A stretch of 64,000 nucleotides of DNA from Candidatus Bathyarchaeia archaeon (GTDB lineage: Archaea > Thermoproteota > CALKCG01 > B24), in contig JAVZJD010000002.1 in assembly GCA_038870975.1 (NCBI GenBank), positions 1 to 64,000 on the forward strand, given 5' to 3'. The translations under genes and the position numbers were made by a program. Positions 9,238 through 20,310 of the stretch are shown in pieces (the first letter of the stretch is position 1; each line of letters begins with the position of its first letter). The notes beneath the pieces were generated by a model, which was not told where the DNA came from, searched no databases, and saw nothing but the letters and a program-made list of their open reading frames with translations.

Positions 9238-10406
9238 GCTTAAACGTATATACACGTATCGGGGTATACTTAGCGGTTATTTCGCTACTATGGCTTGTAA
9301 TCTACGTAATCGTTAGAATATTTAGGCTCGACAGGAGAAACCTTCACATCAAGCCGTTTCTAGTCATGTATAAGACTGCTAGGTTTAATAAGATCCTCGT
9401 AGATTTAGCCAATAAGCATAAGGAGGCTTGGAAATACTTTTCAACGCTCAGCGTTTTCTTAGGATTTGGACTCCTACTGTTTTCAACGTATACACTCACT
9501 GAGAACATATTTAAATTGTTCATGAAGTCGGAAGAAGCAATAGGGCTGGTGCCGATACTACCAGGCATAACCGTAGGGTTTGAGCCTTTAATCTACATTC
9601 TGCCAGCTATAATCATAGGTCTCACTGCCCACGAGATGATGCATGGTATTGCAGCTATACTTGAAAATATACCTGTTGAATCGTCGGGGATTCTTGCGGC
9701 TTTCATAATTTTTGGAGGTTTTGTAGAGCCGAATGAAGAAGCGTTCAGGAGGTCGAAACCATTATCTAAGCTTAGAACACTGTCGTCTGGCCCCTCGTCA
9801 AATCTCGCAGTAGCCACCATAACGCTGATACTTTTAAATGTCCTTTTCCAACAGCCTCAAGGTCTCCTAGTCTATAGTGTCAGTCCTGATAGTCCGTTTT
9901 ACAAGCTTGGCTTAGAAAGCTGGAGCCTGGTTAGTGAGATAAACGGGGTTAAAGTAGGAGTGACTAAGCCTTCAGTACCCTTCATAACGCCTTATCAGAA
10001 TCCGCTGAAAGAGCTCAGTAAGTTGAACATAACGGATAATGTCGTCGTTAAAACGGATAAGGGCGTTTTCAACGTTTCTTTAGGTGAATTCAACGGGAGT
10101 TTAAACGTGAGGTTCTACGTATATCCATACAGTCCTTCGATCTTCGGGGATCTTATACCTAAACCTGTGGCATTCACATGCTACTTAATCTTAATGTATG
10201 TATGCAATATAAACGTCGCTTTTGCGATCTTTAACATGTTGCCAGTATATCCTTTAGACGGCTATGGATTTGTAGAAGTGTTTCTAGTGAAGATAAAAAA
10301 CCGTGTACTCAGGAATATTGCAACACTCTGTCTGAACGTTTTCGCACTAAGCCTTCTAGTATTAAACATGGGTTTAACTTTTCTGAGGTTTAGAATTTTG
10401 AGTTGA
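9234..10406 (+). CDS. Site-2 protease (M50)
   Basis: HEMMH and FNMLPVYPLDG motifs; multiple TM segments. Confidence 0.92.
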   Translation: MSLNVYTRIGVYLAVISLLWLVIYVIVRIFRLDRRNLHIKPFLVMYKTARFNKILVDLANKHKEAWKYFSTLSVFLGFGLLLFSTYTLTENIFKLFMKSEEAIGLVPILPGITVGFEPLIYILPAIIIGLTAHEMMHGIAAILENIPVESSGILAAFIIFGGFVEPNEEAFRRSKPLSKLRTLSSGPSSNLAVATITLILLNVLFQQPQGLLVYSVSPDSPFYKLGLESWSLVSEINGVKVGVTKPSVPFITPYQNPLKELSKLNITDNVVVKTDKGVFNVSLGEFNGSLNVRFYVYPYSPSIFGDLIPKPVAFTCYLILMYVCNINVAFAIFNMLPVYPLDGYGFVEVFLVKIKNRVLRNIATLCLNVFALSLLVLNMGLTFLRFRILS

Positions 10407-10419
10407 AATAGAGCGGTGA

Positions 10420-11355
10420 ATGATGTTGCTCAAATGTCAGAGGTGCGGTGGAGAGGCTGTTTACAGGAGAATATACTCAGGTGAAGTCCTATGCCGTAGA
10501 CACTTCTTAAAATCCATAGAGGATAGGGTGCACTATGCGATAAAACGCTATAGAATGTTCAATCCAGACGATAGAATAGGGTTGGCTCTTTCAGGAGGGA
10601 AAGATAGCTTAACGTTACTGTACATTCTGTCTAAGATAGAGGCTGCTTTTCCAGAAGCTGAGCTCATAGCGGTTACGATAGATGAAGGTATAAAAGGCTA
10701 CAGGAGAGCCTCTTTAAAAATAGCTTCTGAAGCATGTAGAAAGCTTAAGATTCCACATCACGTATACAGTTTTAAAAAACTCTTCGGTATGACGCTCGAT
10801 GAGCTTGTCAGAGTAGCTTCTGATAAGGGGCTTAAACCTAGGCCGTGCGTCTACTGCGGTATTTTACGGCGTAAAGCTTTGAATATGGCCTCTGAAGACC
10901 TTAAACTGGGTAAAATAGCTACAGCTCATAACCTCGACGATGTCATTCAAACGTATGTGTTGAACTTAGCTCACGGAGACATTTACAGGTTTATAGCTTC
11001 AGGCCCGGTGACGGAGAGTAGATTCACAGGAGTCCCTACACGGGTTAAACCTATGGTCTTTGTACCTGAAAAAGAAGTTTCACTATTCGCCGCTCTCATG
11101 GGGTTTAAATTTCAACCTACACAGTGTCCGTATACTGGTTCATCGCTCAGATCTGACATTAGAGCCTTAATAAATCAGCTGGAGAGTAAACATCCAGGTA
11201 TTATGTTCACCCTTTTGAAGAGTTTTGAGAAGATAGCAGAGGCTCTTGAACGGAGCGTAGAGTTTCCACAGGTTAGAAGATGCAGTGTATGTGGAAGTCC
11301 AGCTACGGGAGACCTGTGTAAAGCCTGTGAGCTTTTAACGAAACTTAAAGTCTAG
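10420..11355 (+). CDS. tRNA 2-thiolation protein (Ncs6/TtuA family)
   Basis: SGGKDS PP-loop, CVYC, AHNLDD, terminal Zn-finger CxxC motifs. Confidence 0.9.
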   Translation: MMLLKCQRCGGEAVYRRIYSGEVLCRRHFLKSIEDRVHYAIKRYRMFNPDDRIGLALSGGKDSLTLLYILSKIEAAFPEAELIAVTIDEGIKGYRRASLKIASEACRKLKIPHHVYSFKKLFGMTLDELVRVASDKGLKPRPCVYCGILRRKALNMASEDLKLGKIATAHNLDDVIQTYVLNLAHGDIYRFIASGPVTESRFTGVPTRVKPMVFVPEKEVSLFAALMGFKFQPTQCPYTGSSLRSDIRALINQLESKHPGIMFTLLKSFEKIAEALERSVEFPQVRRCSVCGSPATGDLCKACELLTKLKV

Positions 11356-12359
11356 GGTATATTTTTATGCAGTCTGAAGGCTGCGGCTAGTGCGCCGTAA
11401 AGTCCTATATCGTCACCCAGAGGTGTTACGGCTATCTCCGCCTCTCTGTTAACTATGTAGTCTTTGAAGTGTTGTTTTATCGGGTTCAAAACATGTTCGA
11501 CGTTGTTAAGTGTAACAGCTCCACCTAGAGTCACAAGGTCTGGGTCGTAGACGTTTATGGCCGATGCTACGCCCATAGCGTTTAAAACCCCTATGTTTTC
11601 CACTATCTCTATGCAGAGTCTATCGTTCAGTTTAGCACCGTCATAAACAGATTTCGCGGTTATACCGTTTAAACTACCGTTTGAAGCTTTCCAAAGGTAG
11701 CTGTTCATAAAGTCTTCAAATTTGTTTTTAGCTTCTATCATAAGCTTTGCAAAGTTTGGTATATTACGTCCAGAGCAGTAAGCCTCCCAATGTCCACGTT
11801 TACCACATCCGCAGACAAGTCTACCTTCACAATCTACGACTATGTGGCCTATCTCATGGGCATTTCCGTCTTTACCTAGAAGTAGCCGCCGGTCTACGTA
11901 AACGCCAGCACCTATACCTGTGCTTATAGTTATATAAACAATGTTGTCTACGTTTTTCCCCAAACCGTAAAACTTCTCACCGATGACGGATATGACACAG
12001 TCGTTGTAAACTTCTACCGGAACCTTGAAAGCATCTTCTAAAGGCTTTCTAACAGGTATAAATTCGTAAGGTGCATTAGCTGGTTTTACAATTCCACCCC
12101 TAATTGGATCTTGAGGACCGAATGCACCGACACCTATACCGACCATATCCCTAGGGTCTAGGCCAGCCTCGTTTTGGAGCCTCCGGATCATCGATATTAC
12201 TTGGAGGCTTACTGCTTCAGCGCCTTCAAATAGATTCGTACGTTCTGAAATTCTCGCTATAAATTCGCCTTTCGCAGTGCCAGCGGCAACTCTTGTGTTT
12301 GTTGCACCTAAATCTACTGCTATACCATATTCCATAGTGGTCAGAGAATACTTTGACAA
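11352..12359 (-). CDS. ROK-family sugar kinase
   Basis: VDLGAT, YND, STGIGAG, EIGH, CGCG..GHWEAY. Confidence 0.92.
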   Translation of the reverse strand: MSKYSLTTMEYGIAVDLGATNTRVAAGTAKGEFIARISERTNLFEGAEAVSLQVISMIRRLQNEAGLDPRDMVGIGVGAFGPQDPIRGGIVKPANAPYEFIPVRKPLEDAFKVPVEVYNDCVISVIGEKFYGLGKNVDNIVYITISTGIGAGVYVDRRLLLGKDGNAHEIGHIVVDCEGRLVCGCGKRGHWEAYCSGRNIPNFAKLMIEAKNKFEDFMNSYLWKASNGSLNGITAKSVYDGAKLNDRLCIEIVENIGVLNAMGVASAINVYDPDLVTLGGAVTLNNVEHVLNPIKQHFKDYIVNREAEIAVTPLGDDIGLYGALAAAFRLHKNIP

Positions 12360-12414
12360 ACTATGTTAAAACATTTTCCAACGCGGCGTGATCATAATGG
12401 AGTATAAGCCTAGT

Positions 12415-14916
12415 TTAGAAGACTAGGCTCCCTCTAATATTCGCTCTTCTAAAGTAAGTAATTGCGTCTTTGACAACTCTAGACATGCTTCTAACTTCTT
12501 CATCAGTTGTATAGTTGGGAAAGACATTCTTTTTGACAAGTTGTATGAACTCCTTGGGCTTAGGCATTGAAACAACGTAGAAGTCTCCACCGGTTATATC
12601 TGCAATCCTTTTAAGGAGTTCAACGCCAGTCCTATCAAGTCCATATTGGAACGTTTCTCCAAATGGTGCTATGGCAATTACAGGTATATGCATCATAGCT
12701 AGGTTTTTAGCCACAGATATAGCATCTTCATATGCCTTTCTCAAGCTGTCTAAGTAGAATGGGCTTACGAAGGTCGTACTTAAGGGAACGTTTGCTGCTC
12801 CATCGCTTATGAGGACTACGACAGGTAGGACGTTTTTATTTCTTCTCTTTTCAGCTTTTATAAGCTCTAAAGCAGATTGAAGGCCTTTAGCGAGTGGAGT
12901 GTATCCACTTGCTTTTAAACGTCTGACCTTCCTGGCTACAACTAGTAGATTTCTAGTCGGGTGGGAAATAACCTTGGCATTGAACCCTTGGAAGGCTATG
13001 ACCCCGACTTTATCACGTTTTGTGTAGGCTTCTCTGTGGAGACCCAGTATAACCTTTGATATTATGGGCAGGTAGTCTGCCATTGAATCGCTTAGATCTA
13101 AAAGGAAGACTATCGTTAGAATAGACCTTGAAGATAGGAGTTTAACCTTTAAATCCTCAGGCTTAACGTTTATACTCAATTCACCAGACTGCGTAGTGGA
13201 TATGTGTCCATTAGCTACGGCTGTTTGAATGGTGGGTATTAGAGCTAAGCTCGTATAAACGTCTCGTCTATAGCTTTCGTATCCCGCATATCTTCCGACT
13301 GTGGCGTAGGTTAAAGTGTGAGCTCTTCTACCTGAGAGGTAGAACGTCTTCCTCCTAGCTTGTTTTAGAGGGGTTGAGGGTAATGCTAGGGTTTTAACTT
13401 CACCTACGCTTTCGTATGTTCGTTCTCTGAAAACACCTCTACCCATATGCTTTTCTCCCAAAACTGTAATGAGGTCTTCTGAGCTTTTCTTCAACCATTC
13501 GGATTCAACGCCTTCTGAAGGCTTCGTCTTCACCTTTACTCCGTCTTTGGGCGGAGACTTAGCCCGTCGAAAAAACCTAGTAATCCCTCTACTCCCAGAC
13601 CCTTTACCGCCACCGAAAACTCCCAAAGGGCTTGAAAATCGACTAGAATCCCTTCTTTTAGACTCCATTTCTTCGTTACGTGTTCCATGTTTCTCCAAAC
13701 CGCGTGAATGTAACTGAGTAATCTTCTCTTCTTCTGAACTGGTGGAAGGCCTAGGCTCTTCTAAGCTACCGTTTTTAAGCTTTGAGCTCAGCTTGGATGG
13801 GCCTTCTTTTAAGCTGGATTCACGGCTAGAAGATATTTGTGAAATCTCTCGCACTATCTCCCAAGAAAGGGTGCTGTACAGTTGGTCGAACGTCTTGAGG
13901 ATTTCTTCACGTGAGGCTGGCTCTTTAAATCCACCGCTTCGTGTCCTATGCATTAACGCTAAGAGGGCGGCTCTTCTAACGTGGGAAGCGTCAACAATCG
14001 GTTTATTTTCAAAAGCCGCTAAGGTCTTCGCGGTTTTAAGGATAACTATGTCGGGTCTATGTCCATCAACGTCTAGTGTTATGCAAAGCCTCACCGTAAG
14101 CCTAACTATGGAATCTGGGATCAAAACTTTTGAGAGTATATTACGTGCTTCAACTATCCTCCTTCTAAGGTCCTCCTGTAAAGGCTCATATTTTGCTCTA
14201 AACCCTTCTGGGTCTGCTTCAAACTCTAGATTCCTCTTAACGATTTCAGCCCTTAATTCTTCATCTTTTACGGATGTAGATGCGACTGATATTGGGAATC
14301 TGTCTAAGAGCTGTGGCCGTAGTTCTCCCTCCTCAGGGTTCATGGTACCGACAAGTAGGAATCTTGAAGGATGTGCGACGGATATTGTCTCCCTTTCCAC
14401 TATATTCCATCCTGAGGCTGCTGCGTCTAAAATGTCGTCTACTATGTGGTCTGGGAGGAGGTTTACTTCGTCTATGTACAGTATATTTCTATTGGCTTCA
14501 GCAAGCAGACCTGGTTGGAAGACTCTAACTCCGTCTCGAAGCGTCTTCTCTATGTCTAGAGTCCCGATAAGCCTATCCTCAGTAACACCTAGGGGAACCG
14601 TTATGACCTTCATTTTTCTAAATGAGTATTTAATGTTGCCTTCCCTCAATCTTCGGAAGCACTCTTCACACATTTCAGCTGGGTTATCTGGGTCGCAGTT
14701 GAAAATACAACCGTCTACTACCTTTATCTCCGGAAGTAAGTCGGCTAAAGCTCGAACTATAGTACTTTTCCCCGAGCCCTTTTCTCCTCTTATTAGAACA
14801 CCGCCTATTTGCGGGTTTATAGCATTAAGAATCAGGGAGAGTTTTAAATCCTCTTGGTCTACAAAAGCAGTAAAAGGGAAGACGGTACGCTTATCTTTAA
14901 GCGTTAATGAAGGCAT
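12415..14916 (-). CDS. Chelatase ChlI/ChlD-type AAA+ - VWA fusion protein
   Basis: FPFTAF, GEKGSGKST, LYIDEVN, NPEEGELRPQLLDRF; Ser/Gly-rich linker; VWA DLSDS, GYTPL, ISDG. Confidence 0.9.
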   Translation of the reverse strand: MPSLTLKDKRTVFPFTAFVDQEDLKLSLILNAINPQIGGVLIRGEKGSGKSTIVRALADLLPEIKVVDGCIFNCDPDNPAEMCEECFRRLREGNIKYSFRKMKVITVPLGVTEDRLIGTLDIEKTLRDGVRVFQPGLLAEANRNILYIDEVNLLPDHIVDDILDAAASGWNIVERETISVAHPSRFLLVGTMNPEEGELRPQLLDRFPISVASTSVKDEELRAEIVKRNLEFEADPEGFRAKYEPLQEDLRRRIVEARNILSKVLIPDSIVRLTVRLCITLDVDGHRPDIVILKTAKTLAAFENKPIVDASHVRRAALLALMHRTRSGGFKEPASREEILKTFDQLYSTLSWEIVREISQISSSRESSLKEGPSKLSSKLKNGSLEEPRPSTSSEEEKITQLHSRGLEKHGTRNEEMESKRRDSSRFSSPLGVFGGGKGSGSRGITRFFRRAKSPPKDGVKVKTKPSEGVESEWLKKSSEDLITVLGEKHMGRGVFRERTYESVGEVKTLALPSTPLKQARRKTFYLSGRRAHTLTYATVGRYAGYESYRRDVYTSLALIPTIQTAVANGHISTTQSGELSINVKPEDLKVKLLSSRSILTIVFLLDLSDSMADYLPIISKVILGLHREAYTKRDKVGVIAFQGFNAKVISHPTRNLLVVARKVRRLKASGYTPLAKGLQSALELIKAEKRRNKNVLPVVVLISDGAANVPLSTTFVSPFYLDSLRKAYEDAISVAKNLAMMHIPVIAIAPFGETFQYGLDRTGVELLKRIADITGGDFYVVSMPKPKEFIQLVKKNVFPNYTTDEEVRSMSRVVKDAITYFRRANIRGSLVF

Positions 14917-15007
14917 CTTCTTCTAATAAGTTTAAGGGAGAATCTGTCTATTAAACATATTTTTATTTGGTTTGAAAAGAAAAATTGAGAGAAAAGAGAT
15001 TTAGGAG

Positions 15008-17182
15008 TTAAATATTCAATGTTTTAGCTACTTTTCTAGCTGTTTCAACGACTCTACTTCTAAAGCTATTGTATGCTTCAGTGAACCCTGTCATGGTTTT
15101 AACGGTGGATCCGAAGCTTCCCCACTCGTTATATGTTAGTCCTCTAATGCCCATATCTCCAACTTCTATGCCAACTTTTCTAAGTAGTTCAGATAAATCT
15201 GGCGTCAGCTCGTATGCTTTAACAAAATCGTCCAATTGGCTGAGGAGTTCGACTATTCTATAGTCATGTTTCATCATTATAGCGTTGTCGTATTTTGAAA
15301 GGTTGAAGTTATAACTTTGCGACTCCTTTAAAACATTGAGCTGATGGTCTGGAAATTCGGTATTCGTCATATTCCACCTAGCCAGCGTAAGGAGGGTATC
15401 CATAGGTCTCCTCTTGGAAGCTGGTAGCACATCTATACCGTTTAAAACATTTTCAGCCTCTTCCCTGGTCAAACCATACTCGGAGATTAAGTAGTTGATC
15501 CACTTAACCTTGTTTTCAGAGCTGAAGAAGATCCACCAAACTCTTTGAGCTACAAGAGTCCCAGCGAGTCTTATAGCCTCCTCCCAATCCATCAAGTAAT
15601 TCAACGCCTTATCCTTAGAATCGAATAACTTTGCTTCAACTAAAAGACTAGCCAAATGCTCATTGTCTAAAGTTTTCAAGTACTGGTTGAACGACGTTAA
15701 AACAACCTTCTCCTCTAAACTTTTAGCCGTGAAATTATATCCCCATCCTGTAGCACCAGTCCAAGCTTCGGTTTTATCAGCCGCTGGTACACCAAGCTTT
15801 CTACAGAATTCTAAAAGTTTAGCTTCAGGGTCTTCAAACCTTTTTAAAGCCTCCATTATCAGCTGAGCTGCTTTAGCCTCTCTAAGATGCCCTTCAAGTC
15901 TACCACCCATATTAGTTTCGTAGACTTTAGTAGTTTTAATGCCCATCTTAACAGCTTTAGCCCTTCCACATATTTTAGCCAGTATCAGTGCGACTTCTTG
16001 AGAGACCGTGAACGTTATCGTATTGTTTGTACCTATTCCAAGACTTTCGAGAATGCTGGTTATATCGATGGCTGCTGGACTGCTTCCTGCGACTTTAAAC
16101 ACTATATTTGGTCTGCCTCTTTCAACGTCCTTCGACCAGCCCCATAAGAGGTACTCGTCGTACTTCATAAAGTACTCTTGAGTCGCCTTGTAGATTTTTA
16201 AAGCGTCTTCAATGCTTCTATCGACATTGTCGGCGACGTTTGGGTTCAACTGATAGCTTATCATTCCATCTGAAAATTCTTTAAGGTAGAATACCGGTCT
16301 GAAAACTTCCATGTTGGGCCAAAGTGCCAACATTGTGGCCAACATTGCAAGCTCGTCTTGATGTTCGTCTATACCCTTTAAGTAGTCTGGGTTTTTCCTG
16401 AGGTAGTCTTCAAGTTTACTCCAAAGGCTTGGGTCATCTCTATAGGCTATAGCCGCTAGAACCGGGTTTGTTGAAACTTGAACGTAGCCTAGTCTTCTAA
16501 GCCACCTCAGCCCTAGGGCGTAGTCATTTCCAAATCTACACATGCCTCTTTTAGACATTACGTAGTATACGTTGGTTTGAATTTCCTCTCTTAAAGCGTC
16601 TAGGAAACTCAGAGTGATATTGTCTTCTTTGAGCTTCCTCTCAACGTTTTCTCCCATGGAAGCAACCATGCTTTTTATACCCCTGGGGTCTCCGCGCATA
16701 ACCTTCTTCATATCTTCAATCTTCATCTTCACAACTGCTTTAGCTACTTCAGCGCTTCCAAAATCTTTACGTTCAGTGTTCTCCCAGAGAGATAGCGTAT
16801 TCCTTATAATCTTCAGAGTGTCTTCAACGTCTCTATCGGTAAAGCCAACCCACTCTCTTTCTAAACCAAATAGGTTTATCGCTATTTCGAGGAGAACGTC
16901 GTAGGCTCTACCCCTCTGAATAATGAGGTCTTCCATCTTCTTCTTAACCCAAATAGGCTCCATAAACATCAAATTCAACTGTCTAATTATGGCTCCGACG
17001 ACGTCGGCCAATCTACCTATTAAATCTGGGTTTAACAGACTATCGGCGGCTAACTGAGGATAGCCCATCATCGTAGTTTTAACTACGTGGTCGGCATAAT
17101 CCAGGCTTTCACAGGGATGTCGCAATTCTTCTGGCTTAGCTGAAGATAAAACCTCGTATACGTCTAAGGCCTTCACAACCAC
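15008..17182 (-). CDS. Large transaldolase-family protein
   Basis: STNP motif, ISYQLNP, NIVFKV (Schiff-base Lys position), TNNTITFT; long N-terminal extension. Confidence 0.75.
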   Translation of the reverse strand: MVVKALDVYEVLSSAKPEELRHPCESLDYADHVVKTTMMGYPQLAADSLLNPDLIGRLADVVGAIIRQLNLMFMEPIWVKKKMEDLIIQRGRAYDVLLEIAINLFGLEREWVGFTDRDVEDTLKIIRNTLSLWENTERKDFGSAEVAKAVVKMKIEDMKKVMRGDPRGIKSMVASMGENVERKLKEDNITLSFLDALREEIQTNVYYVMSKRGMCRFGNDYALGLRWLRRLGYVQVSTNPVLAAIAYRDDPSLWSKLEDYLRKNPDYLKGIDEHQDELAMLATMLALWPNMEVFRPVFYLKEFSDGMISYQLNPNVADNVDRSIEDALKIYKATQEYFMKYDEYLLWGWSKDVERGRPNIVFKVAGSSPAAIDITSILESLGIGTNNTITFTVSQEVALILAKICGRAKAVKMGIKTTKVYETNMGGRLEGHLREAKAAQLIMEALKRFEDPEAKLLEFCRKLGVPAADKTEAWTGATGWGYNFTAKSLEEKVVLTSFNQYLKTLDNEHLASLLVEAKLFDSKDKALNYLMDWEEAIRLAGTLVAQRVWWIFFSSENKVKWINYLISEYGLTREEAENVLNGIDVLPASKRRPMDTLLTLARWNMTNTEFPDHQLNVLKESQSYNFNLSKYDNAIMMKHDYRIVELLSQLDDFVKAYELTPDLSELLRKVGIEVGDMGIRGLTYNEWGSFGSTVKTMTGFTEAYNSFRSRVVETARKVAKTLNI

Positions 17183-17255
17183 TTATTATTTGAGGATTCA
17201 CGTAAAAACTTTAAGGGGAATGTTTTATATCCTCCTATGCTAGATTTTAAATGGC

Positions 17256-18260
17256 ATGGATATTGTAAGAGTTGGATTTATAGGTGCTGGAGCTATGGCT
17301 AATAGCGTCCATTACCCGTCGTTGGCCAGCTTTAGAGACGTTGAAATAGCTGCTATATGCGATTTACACGAAACTAGGCTTAAAGAGACTGCTGACCGTT
17401 ATAATGTTGAGCAACGGTTTACAGACTATAGGCTTATGCTTGAAAAGGTGTCTCTAGACGCTGTTTACGTTATTATGGCTCCAATACCTTCAGACCACTA
17501 CGTGAACGCTGAGCCTTTAACCAGTATCGTCGTCAACTGTCTTAAACGCGGTTTACACGTGTTCATAGAGAAGCCGCCTGGGGTATCGGTTGAAGATGCT
17601 GAGAAAATGGCTGAGGTTGCTGAAAAGAGCGGTTGTAAGACAATGGTTGGCTTTAACAGGAGGTTTATACCCGTGTTCAGAGAAGCTAAACGTATAGTTG
17701 AGGAAAACGGTTCCATAACGCACTGTACGGCGGTGTTCCATAAGAATATGATAGGTCAACCTGAGCCTTGGGGTCGTGTAAGCCATCTAGTGGCTGACGT
17801 AATACATGCTGTTGATGCTTTGAGGTTTATGGGCGGTGAAGTGGATGAAGTAACGGCTTACGTTTGCCGCTTCTATGCGGATTACATGAACAGTTTCAAC
17901 GCCCTCGTAAAGTTTAGGAATGGATGTATAGGGCATTTATGCTCAAACTATTCTTCAGGTGGACGTGTACATTACTTTGAAATGCACTCTAAAGCTCTAT
18001 ATGCATTTGTTAACCTGCCCTTTGAGCCTGAAAAGCAGGAGGCTTTGATACTTAGAGGAGGGAAATCGTATGGTGAAGCGGAGGTTCTGAAGAACCTGGA
18101 CTTAGTGGGAGGATGTAGAGACTTCCATGTAGTCTACGGCTATCTTCAAGAGAATAGACACTTCATAGATTGCATTAAGAATGATGAGATGCCTGAGACA
18201 AACTTTAAAGATGCCGTTGAAACCATGAAGCTCGTGGAGCGTATAAAGTCTTCTATCTGA
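17256..18260 (+). CDS. Gfo/Idh/MocA oxidoreductase
   Basis: GFIGAG, IEKP, GFNRRF, IHAVD. Confidence 0.92.
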   Translation: MDIVRVGFIGAGAMANSVHYPSLASFRDVEIAAICDLHETRLKETADRYNVEQRFTDYRLMLEKVSLDAVYVIMAPIPSDHYVNAEPLTSIVVNCLKRGLHVFIEKPPGVSVEDAEKMAEVAEKSGCKTMVGFNRRFIPVFREAKRIVEENGSITHCTAVFHKNMIGQPEPWGRVSHLVADVIHAVDALRFMGGEVDEVTAYVCRFYADYMNSFNALVKFRNGCIGHLCSNYSSGGRVHYFEMHSKALYAFVNLPFEPEKQEALILRGGKSYGEAEVLKNLDLVGGCRDFHVVYGYLQENRHFIDCIKNDEMPETNFKDAVETMKLVERIKSSI

Positions 18261-18271
18261 AGGGGGTCGAT

Positions 18272-19078
18272 ATGGAGATAATAGTCTTCGCTAAGATGTT
18301 TCAGAAGCTTCCACTACCGGAGTTCGCAAGCATTATGTCTGAAATCGGCTTTGAGGGTGTAGATTTAACGGTTAGACCTGGAGGCTATATAGCTCCTAGT
18401 GAAGTTGAAGAGAGACTTCCAGAAGCCGTTGACCTTCTGAAGTCTAAAGGCTTGTCTGTCCCAATGATAACTACGTCGATTGTAGATGCAAGAGAACCAT
18501 ATGCGGAAGAGACTTTTAAAGTGGCTTCAGAGTGTGGTATAAAGTATTTGAAGCTTGGTTATTGGCTTTACGAAGGTTTTGGGAAGTTGAAGGCTCAAGT
18601 GGAAGCCGTCCGTAGAAGTCTAAGAGAGATAGAGAAACTCAGTCGTAAGTACAACGTGACGGCGGCTATACATACACACTCGGGTATGTTTTTAACAGCC
18701 GAGCCGGCTGTCGTGTTAGAAATCCTCAGAGACTTCAATCCAGACTACGTAGGAGCGTACATAGACCCCGGTCACATGGTTGTTGAAGGTGGATTGGCTG
18801 GTTGGCTCATGGGTATGGACATGTTAAGCGAGAGAATACGTATGGTTGCGGTGAAAGACTTTGCTTGGATTAAAAGGGGCGGTTCATGGAATGCCGTAGT
18901 AGTACCACTTGGAGAAGGATTAGTTCCGTGGAGGGGGGTGTTTGAAATACTTAAGCTTATTGGTTTTAAAGGTCCGGTGTCGATACACTGCGAATACGAA
19001 GAAATGCCTCTTAGAGAGATAGTAGAACAGGCTAGGGGGGATTTAAACTACGTGAAGAACATCCTCAACTCTATTTAA
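18272..19078 (+). CDS. Sugar phosphate isomerase/epimerase (xylose isomerase-like TIM barrel)
   Basis: GFEGVDL, HTH, DPGH, VKD, GEG, HCEY. Confidence 0.85.
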   Translation: MEIIVFAKMFQKLPLPEFASIMSEIGFEGVDLTVRPGGYIAPSEVEERLPEAVDLLKSKGLSVPMITTSIVDAREPYAEETFKVASECGIKYLKLGYWLYEGFGKLKAQVEAVRRSLREIEKLSRKYNVTAAIHTHSGMFLTAEPAVVLEILRDFNPDYVGAYIDPGHMVVEGGLAGWLMGMDMLSERIRMVAVKDFAWIKRGGSWNAVVVPLGEGLVPWRGVFEILKLIGFKGPVSIHCEYEEMPLREIVEQARGDLNYVKNILNSI

Positions 19079-19083
19079 AGATG

Positions 19084-20310
19084 TTAAATTTCACCGATGG
19101 ATTCATCTTCATCTAACGTAAGCCTCATTAAATCCGGCTCTGGCGGCATTAGGTTTAGAAATTGCTCGGCAGCCCGTCTCGGCTCTTCACTTCCGACTAT
19201 GTACCTTCCAACCACTACTATATCTGCTCCGTTTTTCAAGGCTTCGACGGAGGTTTTGGGGGTTATACCTCCTGCAACTGCTAGGAGGACTTTAAAACGG
19301 CTTTTAATCTCAGCTATTTCGTTCCACTTATATTCGACTGTTTTACCAGACTCTGCTGTCATTCTTTCAACGTCAGCGCTAACGTGTAGAAGCACTACGT
19401 CAGGCTTATACTCTAGCGTTTCAATTTTAGCTATCGGGTCTGAAACTTCCATAGTATCTAGAATCGAGTAGACTCCCTGTTTTCGTGCTTCAAGTATGGC
19501 TTTATCTATCGTAGTCTTCGATGCGGCGGCGAGTATGCAAACAGCGTCTGCAGTAGCGTCGGCGGCTTCTTTAACCTCAACTCTCCCAACATCCATTGTT
19601 TTCAAGTCTGCAACTATGAATGCGTCCCTCCAGACTTCTCTAATCTTCTCAATGGCTTTAACACCGTAGGCCTTTATGAGCGGTGTGCCAGCTTCAAGGA
19701 TTACTCTTTCACTCCTAGGTAGTTGTTTAACTATTTCCAGGGCTTTCTCGAGACTACTCAAATCCAATGCTACTTGCAGGTACGGTGGACTCCAAAGCTT
19801 TTTAACTCTAAACCCCATAATCGGGTGGACTGCTCTATCCTTCTCCTTGAGAACCTTTTCAACAGTTGGATATTCTTTTAGCGCTCTTCTCACGGCAAGC
19901 TTCGTAGCGGCGTAATTGAACTGGTAGATTCTCCTGAAGTCTCTAGCCTTAGGATGCACGAAGACAGAGACTATTACAACCCAGTTTTCACACTTATCCC
20001 TTGGAATAACCCCCTCTTCAACTGCATCAGCTATGGCTTTAGCAACAGCCGCTTGAGCTGGGCCGAAGACCTTCTCAGAGTCTTCCATACTTCTAACGGT
20101 GACTTTAGGCACTATGAGAGTGCTAGGCTTCACCGGTAGATTTGGCCTTAGTACGGCTAGCATAGCTGTATGTCCAGCGGATGGATTGGATAAAGCGTTT
20201 ACAAAAGCTAAGCCAGCCGCCCCGCTCTTCTCTCCAAGCACTACATCGACGTGGGCAACTTCATAGCCTGAACCTATTAGAGCTTCCCCTACGTAGAAGC
20301 CTCTTTCCAA
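19084..20310 (-). CDS. fae-hps: Bifunctional formaldehyde-activating enzyme / 3-hexulose-6-phosphate synthase
   Basis: N-terminal [24 protein letters not shown]; C-terminal [24 protein letters not shown]. Confidence 0.95.
   Translation of the reverse strand: MERGFYVGEALIGSGYEVAHVDVVLGEKSGAAGLAFVNALSNPSAGHTAMLAVLRPNLPVKPSTLIVPKVTVRSMEDSEKVFGPAQAAVAKAIADAVEEGVIPRDKCENWVVIVSVFVHPKARDFRRIYQFNYAATKLAVRRALKEYPTVEKVLKEKDRAVHPIMGFRVKKLWSPPYLQVALDLSSLEKALEIVKQLPRSERVILEAGTPLIKAYGVKAIEKIREVWRDAFIVADLKTMDVGRVEVKEAADATADAVCILAAASKTTIDKAILEARKQGVYSILDTMEVSDPIAKIETLEYKPDVVLLHVSADVERMTAESGKTVEYKWNEIAEIKSRFKVLLAVAGGITPKTSVEALKNGADIVVVGRYIVGSEEPRRAAEQFLNLMPPEPDLMRLTLDEDESIGEI

Noticed and set aside
13742-14926. 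394-aa ORF antisense to the chelatase gene
   Set aside because: Ser/Leu-rich shadow frame of a well-conserved gene; no motifs. The same applies to the many shorter antisense ORFs in the track.
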